Source: Candidatus Scalindua sp.
GTDB lineage: Bacteria; Planctomycetota; Brocadiia; Brocadiales; Scalinduaceae
Reading direction: 5' to 3'
Assembly: GCA_031316235.1 (NCBI GenBank)
Contig: JALDRA010000001.1
Location: forward strand, 510,001 to 542,000
DNA length: 32,000 nucleotides
The position numbers and the translations under genes were made by a program. Below, piece after piece: positions 18,567 to 25,427 of this stretch. The first letter of the stretch is position 1. Each line of letters starts with the position of its first letter. The notes beneath the pieces are model-generated. The model searched no databases and was not told the DNA's origin. It saw nothing but the letters and a program-made list of their open reading frames with translations.

Positions 18567-18843
18567 GGAAGAATTATCGTTGAAAACAACGAGGAAGTCA
18601 AGATCTTTTATTATATTTTACAAAAAATCGGGAATGCTCCCTTCCTGAAAGGTGAGGCTCTTGTTTGCCTGAAAAAGAATTCAGACCGGCAGTGTGAAAC
18701 AGGATTACCTGTTCTCTTTCAGACGATATTTCTGCATACATATGCCCCGTTGTTTCTCTTTTTATCATATAATTTTGATGAAAAAATAATTAATCTCTGT
18801 ATAATGCAAAATCTCAGTAAAATATTCTCCTCATTAAAAAATT

Positions 18844-19620
18844 ATGAAAAACAAACGATACAGAATACAATTTCCAAAGAGTGACTGCCAGAATACTGAC
18901 CAGGATGAATCGTTTTTTTATCTAATAGAGCCTAATGGAAAAAAAAAGATCAGATTTCATGATTACGATGCGATTTTCAACATCCCCGGTTTATATGAAC
19001 AGATTTTTTATGATCGTCTCAAATGCAACTCTCCAAAGAAAGTAGCTGAAATTCTCCACTCCAGTGTCGCCCAATCGCATGAAAACTTCACGGAACTCAG
19101 GGTTCTGGACTTGGGAGCAGGGAACGGGATAATGGGTGCAGAATTTAAAAAATACAGTGTCTCCCGGCTTGTAGGTGTTGACATTATTCCGGAAGCTAAA
19201 CGGGCAACTGAACGGGACAGACCTGATATATATGATGCTTATCATGTTGTAGATTTTTGCAATTTAAGTGACGATGAAAGAGAAGATCTGTCTTCGTGGT
19301 CTTTAAACTGTTTTACAACGGTTGCCGCTTTAGGGTTTGGGGATATTCCGCCCAGGGCATTTATGGAAGCATTTAATATCATCCAGTCAGAAGGCTGGGT
19401 GGCATTTAACATAAAAGAAACATTTCTTGACAATAGCGACTCCAGCGGATTTTCTCGAATGATTCGAGATTTAATATTTTCAGAGTTTTTGCATTTATAC
19501 CATTTAGAGAGATATCGTCATCGTCTTTCAATAGAAGGGGAACCGCTCTATTACTTTGCGATTGCCGGCAGAAAAAATTTTGATATACCAAGCGATTTTT
19601 ATGATAAGTATTTCGATTAA
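18844..19620 (+). CDS. Class I SAM-dependent methyltransferase, substrate unknown
   Basis: Motif I VLDLGAGNGIMG, an acidic post-I residue (VGVDI) and a conserved N-terminal IRFHDYDAIFNIPGLYEQIFYDRLKCNSP segment. A candidate -10 TATAAT lies at 18800-18805. No obvious SD. Confidence 0.8.
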   Translation: MKNKRYRIQFPKSDCQNTDQDESFFYLIEPNGKKKIRFHDYDAIFNIPGLYEQIFYDRLKCNSPKKVAEILHSSVAQSHENFTELRVLDLGAGNGIMGAEFKKYSVSRLVGVDIIPEAKRATERDRPDIYDAYHVVDFCNLSDDEREDLSSWSLNCFTTVAALGFGDIPPRAFMEAFNIIQSEGWVAFNIKETFLDNSDSSGFSRMIRDLIFSEFLHLYHLERYRHRLSIEGEPLYYFAIAGRKNFDIPSDFYDKYFD

Positions 19621-19631
19621 ACCGGTCCCAA

Positions 19632-20363
19632 TCAATAACCCATTCCTCTTATCTGCTCTTCAGTAAATCCAACAAAATGGGCTACCTCGTGGCGGACCAC
19701 TTTCTTGATTCGATGTTTGATATCCTCTTCGGAGTGGCAGATGGACTCGATGTTTTTCTGGTACAGGGTAATCTTTTCCGGCATGGTAGTTGCGTGCCAG
19801 ACACTTTTCCGGTTTAAAGGTACCCCCTGAAAGAGCCCGAGTAAAAGTCTGTTTGATTTCAATTTCAGCCTCCCCAGTACAAAAGGGTTCGGTATCTCTT
19901 CGACAACTATTGATACATCTTCAAGGCGTGTACGTATGTCTTGCGGCAACTCATTTATCGAAGCAACCACCAGGCGGTCGAAACTGCCGGAACTATGCAT
20001 ATCGGCGTTATTATTCTCGATCTTGCCTGATAAATACTCTTCTACTTCAATGATCCTATACTTGCTCATAAATATTTTCCCTACCAGGTAAACGACCCCG
20101 CCCAGTAGGAGAAAGGTGAGGAAAAAGTTCCACCCATGGGACATCATCGCACCACCCATTGCTCCGAGTATGCCGACGATTGAGAAATATCCGAGAAGGG
20201 TATAAAAACCCCTTTTATCAGCTTCGCATACTTTGTCAAAAATTACGGGTTCAATCTCTTTCCCGCAGCAGGTACACACGATATCCGTATTGTAATCGTA
20301 ATCACCGAGACGGTGAGTCTGACCGCAGTTGAAACATTTTATGAATCTTGATTCATTTGACAT
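19632..20363 (-). CDS. Membrane-anchored zincin-like metallopeptidase-family protein (N-terminal zinc ribbon + 2 TM + C-terminal DUF1025/Zincin_1-like domain)
   Basis: CFNCGQTH...CTCCGKE (4-Cys ribbon). Two hydrophobic helices (FYTLLGYFSIVGILGAMGGAMM, FFLTFLLLGGVVYLVGKIF). The C-terminal VRHEVAHFVGFTEEQIRGMGY carries HExxH and is typical of the small 'metallopeptidase family protein' group (from memory). Confidence 0.65.
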   Translation of the reverse strand: MSNESRFIKCFNCGQTHRLGDYDYNTDIVCTCCGKEIEPVIFDKVCEADKRGFYTLLGYFSIVGILGAMGGAMMSHGWNFFLTFLLLGGVVYLVGKIFMSKYRIIEVEEYLSGKIENNNADMHSSGSFDRLVVASINELPQDIRTRLEDVSIVVEEIPNPFVLGRLKLKSNRLLLGLFQGVPLNRKSVWHATTMPEKITLYQKNIESICHSEEDIKHRIKKVVRHEVAHFVGFTEEQIRGMGY

Positions 20364-20432
20364 AGTTACAATCTACGATTTAAACGCATCATACATCAGT
20401 TCAATGGAAGCAAACCACCCTCTTTGTTCAGA

Positions 20433-20747
20433 TATACTAAAACCGATTTGGTTTTAGTTTTTTCTAAAAACCAAAGCCTGGTTCCCGTCATCCGCGGACA
20501 AAAAGGGCCGAGGACCTTATTCGCTCCGTTTTTTTTCGAATTTTATCCAGTAGTGTCCGGTCAGGTTTTTACGTAGGCAGCTTTTGTCATACCCGAACGT
20601 CTTTGTCGGGTATCCAGAGACTCGTTTCATCATAGATTCCCGCTAAAAACATGCGGGAATGACAGTATTTGGGCAATAAATTAAATACGCAAAAACCTAA
20701 CCGGACACTTTTGAATTTTATCCGAAATCCAGTATAAGATGAGTATA
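20433..20747 (-). repeat. Family-1 MITE-like repeat, copy 3 (long form), split by a nested insertion
   Basis: 20433-20548 and 20713-20747 together reconstitute a long-form copy (compare 30118-30256). It ends 28 nt from the argJ stop. Confidence 0.85.
20549..20712. mobile_element. Nested 164-bp MITE with 22-bp terminal inverted repeats and an 11-bp target-site duplication
   Basis: The left end is AGTAGTGTCCGGTCAGGTTTTT; the reverse complement of the right end is AAAAGTGTCCGGTTAGGTTTTT (19/22 match). GAATTTTATCC is duplicated at 20538-20548 and 20713-20723. Uninterrupted copies carry a single cggattttatccgaaatcc. The interior has two 8-bp hairpins, atacccga/tcgggtat and attcccgc/gcgggaat. Confidence 0.8.
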
Positions 20748-20774
20748 AATCGGGAATGCACTTCTTCCCGCAGA

Positions 20775-21992
20775 TCAGGTATGATAATGGGCATTTATCT
20801 TTATGTACTCTTTTGATAGATCGCACGTCCACATCGTCGTCGTTTCTTTTCCGAGGCCAAGATATAATTGAATCAGGATCTCCTCTTTCTTCATCTCGTT
20901 CGGAAGATGCTTCGGTACTGGTGTTACAGGTAAACCATTTTTAAATATAAGGGATTTATTAATAAATAACCGGATCTTTGATTCGTCAAGTTTGACACCC
21001 GCGTACCCTGCAGCTGAAATAATTCTTCCCCAATTCGGATCCTCACCGTGTATGGCTGTCTTGACCAGTGGAGAATCTGAAATTGACCGTGCAATTTTTT
21101 TTGCATCCAGCACTGACCGGGCCTCAAGAATCTCAATCTGGACAAATTTGGAAGCACCTTCACCATCCTTCACTACGGCTTTTGCCATTTGCTGAGTTAC
21201 GTGATCAAGTGCTGTTTGAAATAGTGCAAGTTCGCTCTTACTGGAAAACGAGATGTTCTTATTGCCAGCCATCCCGTTTGCAAGAATTGCAACCATGTCG
21301 TTTGTACTCATATGACCATCAACGGTTATTTGATTGAACGAGTCTTCGACTGAATTTTTCAGGCACGACCTTAAGGTGTTCAGGGAGATCTCCGCATCGG
21401 TAGTGATAAAACAGATCATTGTTGCCATGTTTGGTGAGATCATACCGGAACCTTTCGCAATTGCCCCGATAGTAACCTCCTTTTTTGCAATCTGTATCTT
21501 AACCGCAATGTATTTGGGCATGAGGTCTGTTGTCATGATGGTCTTTGCAATATTGATTGCATGGGACTGTTTGCTGCCAAGAGATTCAGCGGCTCTGCTT
21601 ATACCTGTTTTTATCTTCCTCATAGGCAGAGGATGTCCTATGATGCCGGTGGAAGCGACGAGGATTCTCTCTGGAGTCGTATTCAGCTTTTCTGCTGTCA
21701 GCTGGGCCATCGTTACCGTATCTTTGTACCCTCTCTCACCTGTACAGGCATTGGCATTACCGCTATTTACGACAATAGCGTGTACGCTTCCTCTTTTTAT
21801 AACTTTACGACTATAGATAATTGGCGCGGCAACAATCTGGTTTGTTGTAAAGAGTGCTGCGGCCTTACATGGAATTTCTGATGTTATGATTCCGATATCA
21901 TGCTTTTCGGCACTACCTTTTAAACCACAATGGGTAGAGCCTGCCACAAAACCGATTGGTGCGATAACTCCTCCAGGAACTTCCTCAAACAT
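20775..21992 (-). CDS. argJ: Bifunctional glutamate N-acetyltransferase / amino-acid acetyltransferase
   Basis: Autocleavage-site context KGSGMISPNMATMICFITTDA, N-terminal GGVIAPIGFVAGSTHCGLK and a typical C-terminus ...YIKINAHYHT. I prefer the ATG at 21992 (AAGGAGAG 7 nt upstream) to the track start at 22040. Confidence 0.93.
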   Translation of the reverse strand: MFEEVPGGVIAPIGFVAGSTHCGLKGSAEKHDIGIITSEIPCKAAALFTTNQIVAAPIIYSRKVIKRGSVHAIVVNSGNANACTGERGYKDTVTMAQLTAEKLNTTPERILVASTGIIGHPLPMRKIKTGISRAAESLGSKQSHAINIAKTIMTTDLMPKYIAVKIQIAKKEVTIGAIAKGSGMISPNMATMICFITTDAEISLNTLRSCLKNSVEDSFNQITVDGHMSTNDMVAILANGMAGNKNISFSSKSELALFQTALDHVTQQMAKAVVKDGEGASKFVQIEILEARSVLDAKKIARSISDSPLVKTAIHGEDPNWGRIISAAGYAGVKLDESKIRLFINKSLIFKNGLPVTPVPKHLPNEMKKEEILIQLYLGLGKETTTMWTCDLSKEYIKINAHYHT

Positions 21993-22088
21993 AGTAGCTC
22001 TCCTTAGAAAATAAATAGGTAAAAATCTGAAGGTATTCATTGTACTTTAGGATAAAAAAAATGCAAGAGTTAGGTAGGAAGAATTATT

Positions 22089-22200
22089 TATACTCATCTC
22101 ATACTGGATTTCGGATAAAATCCGAGATAAAATTGAGCGAGTATACCTTCACCAAGATTTGGTTTCCGGTAAAACCGAAAACCAAATCGGTTTTAGTATA
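22089..22200 (+). repeat. Family-1 MITE-like repeat, copy 4 (112 bp, short form; used here as the reference copy)
   Basis: tatactcatctcatactggatttcggataaaatccgagataaaattgagcgagtataccttcaccaagatttggtttccggtaaaaccgaaaaccaaatcggttttagtata. Contains hairpins ggattt/aaatcc and a 15-bp stem with one mismatch. Confidence 0.85.
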
Positions 22201-22251
22201 GTAGTTGAACGAACAGTGTAACTGGTAACCGGGCAGTTTTCGTTCATCCAC
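22201..22251. repeat. Family-2-related short repeat directly abutting family-1 copy 4 (gtagttgaacgaaca...gttttcgttcatccac)
   Basis: Inverted termini gttgaacgaa / ttcgttcatc. Its left end resembles 6747 and 5268. Confidence 0.45.
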
Positions 22252-22488
22252 GAGGTTTCATATAAAGCCCTGTTTTGGTAATTCTGAATATACAGGAAGA
22301 TCAAATATTCTATTTGTCAGCTATTGTCATATTGACAAATGCAGTATCCTGGTTTAGGATTGCCTGGTGGCACGTATCCTCAGCTCAATAACAACTGCCG
22401 CGACAGTCATGAGAAGGGAGAACACTCAGAGAGCCTGGAACATAATGGAAAAGTCTGTAGATTGTACATGAGGTGTGTCTCAAGAGAA

Positions 22489-22542
22489 AGCCTTACTGCC
22501 GAAGATGTTGGATAGACACATCACTGGCTGTCAGGCTTTTTT
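22489..22542 (+). terminator. Candidate Rho-independent terminator (long imperfect hairpin followed by TTTTTT)
   Basis: agccttactgcc (22489-22500) pairs 10/12 with ggctgtcaggct (22526-22537). An inner stem is gatgt/acatc. A run of six T follows and then ATTT. Confidence 0.45.
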
Positions 22543-22797
22543 ATTTAGCCTCCTCAGTAAAATGGTTTCTTGAATCTCAGGGAATGAGTCTGCGTGGAGC
22601 TCTGATTTTTCGATTGAATAGAACCAGAGACTTGGTGATACCAGAGGTTGAGGGTTTTCCCTGGACAAAAGACGTCTAGAACTTTGTGATTGAGTGTAAG
22701 GTAACGTTCAGTAAAAATCGGGTTCTTGAAAACCGAAAATCAATCTGCGATGGGTACAAACGGGTAACGTGAAGTCCAGTAATATTGGATCAAACTT

Positions 22798-23655
22798 ATG
22801 GTAACGTTGAGAGTGTGTTTTATTTCTGTACTATTTCTCTTTCTTTTGTTTTGTGAAAGATCTATTGTTCATGGAATGGTCAATTTACGTTACCGTTCCG
22901 GTCAAAAAGAATTTGCAGAGGATAGAGTTATTGTATTTCCCGAGCAATCGTTTTCGACAAACCAGGTCAAAGAGCTGGCGAGTGATATGGGAGCTAAGGT
23001 TTTAAAGACTTTTTCACATACCACCGCCTGCATCGTTACCACACCGGCAGGTATGGAGGTAAGAGAGTGTGTCTGTTTGTTTAAACAACAGGTGAATATC
23101 ATGGATGCGGAACCGGATTATTTCATTCACGCTGATATTGTTCCCAATGATCCAGACTTTAATCAACTCTACGGATTAAACAATACAGGACAGACAGGGG
23201 GAACCTCTGACGCAGACATTGATGCCGTAGAGGCCTGGGATACCCGGACCGATTGCAGCAGCATTGTTGTTGCTGTCATTGATTCAGGGATTGATTATGA
23301 GCATGAAGACCTTGCAGCAAATATATGGAGAAATCCAGGAGAGATTGAGGGAGATCTGATAGATAATGATGGTAACGGCAAGTCCGAGTTGATAGTGGAC
23401 TTTGGCCCGCCATACGGCATAAATGCCCGTTACAATAATGCTGCACCCTGGACAGGTCTTCACCGCTTGAGTGCAAGTCCCGGCGGGATAATATCTGGTG
23501 ATCTTGACGGTAATGACAAGTCTGATCTGATAGTGGATTTTGGACAACCCGATGGGATTGATGCTCTTTTCAATAATACGGCTCCCTGGACCGGTCTGCA
23601 TCACTTGAGCAAAAGTTCGGGTGGAATGGTTTCAGGTAATTTTGACGGGAATTAA
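22798..23655 (+). pseudogene. Truncated/chimeric S8 (subtilisin-like) protease: signal peptide + I9 propeptide + catalytic-Asp segment, then FG-GAP/VCBS-like repeats; His and Ser catalytic motifs absent
   Basis: Signal-like N-terminus. The I9-like propeptide ends ...IMDAEPDYFIHA. S8 Asp motif IVVAVIDSGIDYEHEDL and DNDGNG. From residue 185 there are two 47-aa tandem repeats (GDL.DGN.KS.LIVDFG.P.GI.A..NN.APWTGLH.LS.S.GG..S) and the start of a third. The ORF stops at ...GNFDGN. No HGT or GTSxA motif occurs anywhere in the ORF. Confidence 0.75.
23350..23652 (+). repeat. Tandem ~141-147-bp coding repeat (2 full units plus 18 bp of a third) encoding FG-GAP-like units
   Basis: Units start at 23350, 23497 and 23635; similarity is visible at both protein and DNA level. 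Confidence 0.75.
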
Positions 23656-23781
23656 GTAAGAAAAAAGTATACTCCTCTTCAGTAGTGTCCGGTAAGGAAT
23701 AAGAGAAGACTCTTAAAGAGTTTTATCTTCAAAATTTTTTTAAGAGGGTGTGTAATGTACATCAATACCATGAAGATTCCG

Positions 23782-24483
23782 TCAATCTTCCACTGCCTCC
23801 TGTTTTTCTTCTCCCTGGCAGTATCCATACACTTTACCCTCTTTGGTAAGCAACAAGGGGATGATTATGTCACTTGTACAGCATGGCATGATTACGGCAA
23901 ATATAATGATTATGAAAACACTACCGATGTGGCTTACCCAATCCGTTAATCCGAATGCTATGAGATAGAGGATGGACGCCATGCTGCTCACAAATACATG
24001 ACCCGAATGGGAATAGCATGACGTTTTTTCAACCCTTTCCGTTGCAATTATTCCTAAAAATATTCCTATGGTAACGAAGGGAAGGATCATGAGAGGGTGA
24101 TCCATGAGACACAAATGTAATTCAAAATTGCTTTTGAGCATCAACCCGGAACAGAAAGGGATCAGGACATCACTGATTCCACAGGTGAGGAGGGAACCCA
24201 GAAACCCTATAATGATAACTTTGGTTAATTTTTTTTCGTAACGCCAGAACATCGCAGAGGTAGCAGTAGCACTCAATAAGATATGGACCGGGTGAAAGAT
24301 GTGGAACAGGTTTTGTGAATGGATCTGAACCGCGTTCTCTTTTAAGGTAATGGCCAGGGCCATAAGTCCTCCTACAACAACCATAGCCAGAATTGCGCTG
24401 AAAACAGTAAATGGCAGATGCTCTTTCAATTCATAGAGTACGTGTTTAAGCTTACCGCTGTTACAATGTGCATCATGTTTCAT
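23782..24483 (-). CDS. Polytopic membrane protein with internally duplicated HxxH and C(G/C)xSD motifs; putative metal transporter
   Basis: About 6-7 TM segments. Half 1 has FHPVHILLSATATS ... LLTCGISDVLIPF; half 2 has SHSGHVFVSSMASI ... MPCCTSDIIIPLL. I prefer the ATG at 24483 (MKHDAHCNSGKLKH...) because the track start at 24522 is a TTG that overlaps the divergent promoter. Confidence 0.65.
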   Translation of the reverse strand: MKHDAHCNSGKLKHVLYELKEHLPFTVFSAILAMVVVGGLMALAITLKENAVQIHSQNLFHIFHPVHILLSATATSAMFWRYEKKLTKVIIIGFLGSLLTCGISDVLIPFCSGLMLKSNFELHLCLMDHPLMILPFVTIGIFLGIIATERVEKTSCYSHSGHVFVSSMASILYLIAFGLTDWVSHIGSVFIIIIFAVIMPCCTSDIIIPLLLTKEGKVYGYCQGEEKQEAVED

Positions 24484-24505
24484 ATTTCGATTTAAGAGAA
24501 AAAAC

Positions 24506-24534
24506 TTGACAATACCAAGCAAGACTTAATAATA
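24506..24534 (+). promoter_or_regulatory. Candidate sigma70-type promoter (TTGACA-17 nt-ATAATA) reading into 24546/24580
   Basis: TTGACA at 24506-24511, a 17-nt spacer and ATAATA at 24529-24534, followed by AGGAG at 24535-24539. Confidence 0.5.
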
Positions 24535-24579
24535 AGGAGTAATAAATGAATCACAATTTCGGATATTGTAGATTATGCG

Positions 24580-24987
24580 ATGAATCCTTTCAAGTTAAAA
24601 CGTAAATTAAAGAAGATATCTCTCCTTGCAGCTATTCCTTATATCATCCTCTGTATAACATCAGGTGGCCTGCACTCATTTGATAAAGGCGTATACCATG
24701 CACATACTCCTGATGGTCCTGGTTCAAAAAAGGAAAAAACTGAAATCCATGAGCATCGCAAGCTGGCCGCAGAGAACAAGCCTGCACTCTGTTGTAATGA
24801 TCACAGTTCTGACAAATGCGGTATATGCCGCTGGCTTAAGAGCACACCGGCCAAGGTTCAATTCGAACAACAACGTTCTTCCTTTTTCCAGGTCTGCAGC
24901 AATCTCTTCATCATTGATCATACCTCGTATAATTCCCTGAAAATCTATACAAATTCACCACGCAGTCCACCATTTCTCATTGCTTAA
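24580..24987 (+). CDS. Small membrane-anchored His/Cys-rich protein, DUF2946-like (paralog 1)
   Basis: N-terminal TM helix (ISLLAAIPYIILCITSGGL), a His-rich stretch (YHAHTPDG...EIHEH), CCNDHSSDKCGICRW (CxxC) and the C-terminal tail SPRSPPFLIA. It shares this architecture with 25428-25793. Confidence 0.6.
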   Translation: MNPFKLKRKLKKISLLAAIPYIILCITSGGLHSFDKGVYHAHTPDGPGSKKEKTEIHEHRKLAAENKPALCCNDHSSDKCGICRWLKSTPAKVQFEQQRSSFFQVCSNLFIIDHTSYNSLKIYTNSPRSPPFLIA

Positions 24988-24996
24988 TGCAAACAG

Positions 24997-25054
24997 GTAG
25001 TGCGTGAACGAAAACCCCGTGTTTGAACCAGAACTGCCCAGGGAGAAGTTACAA
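24997..25054. repeat. Family-2-related repeat fragment
   Basis: gtagtgcgtgaacgaaaaccccgtgtttgaacc... parallels 10322-10380. Confidence 0.4.
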
Positions 25055-25202
25055 AAAAATATCAGCGATGAACTGGTGGTATATCTGCCCGGCTGATACC
25101 GTTCACCGGCACGTCCCCGGGCGGACAATCATTCTGGCGGGGAAGGGTAAATTACCAGGTTATTTTTTTAACTCGTCCCGTAACCTTCCTGCGGCGGATT
25201 AA

Positions 25203-25341
25203 TATACTCATCTCATATTGGTTTTCGGATACAATCCGAGATTAAATTAAGCGAGTAAAGTCCTCGGCGCTTTTTGTCCGGGGATACCTTCACCAGGATT
25301 TGGTTTCCGGTAAAACCGAAAATCAAATCGGTTTTAGTATG
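25203..25341 (+). repeat. Family-1 MITE-like repeat, copy 5 (139 bp, long form)
   Basis: Same termini and hairpin as copy 4, plus an extra internal block, aagtcctcggcgctttttgtccgggga, shared in reverse complement with copies 3 and 6. Confidence 0.85.
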
Positions 25342-25427
25342 TCAAATTGTCGTAGTATCTGTTGCGATCCATCGGCATTTCGGTACTCCTATGCCGGGTA
25401 CTGATCGCTCAAATTTATGCTTTGAAA

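Noticed and set aside
18531-18884. 117-aa ORF spanning the divergent promoter region between the two methyltransferase genes
   Set aside because: It overlaps both the methylase start and the start of 18844-19620 and has AT-rich, low-complexity sequence with no RBS.
22473-22679. 68-aa ORF (MCLKRKPYCRRCWIDTSLAV…)
   Set aside because: It reads straight through the terminator-like hairpin and T-run at 22489-22542. It has no RBS, and the alternative 58-codon frame ending in the hairpin is a better (still weak) candidate.
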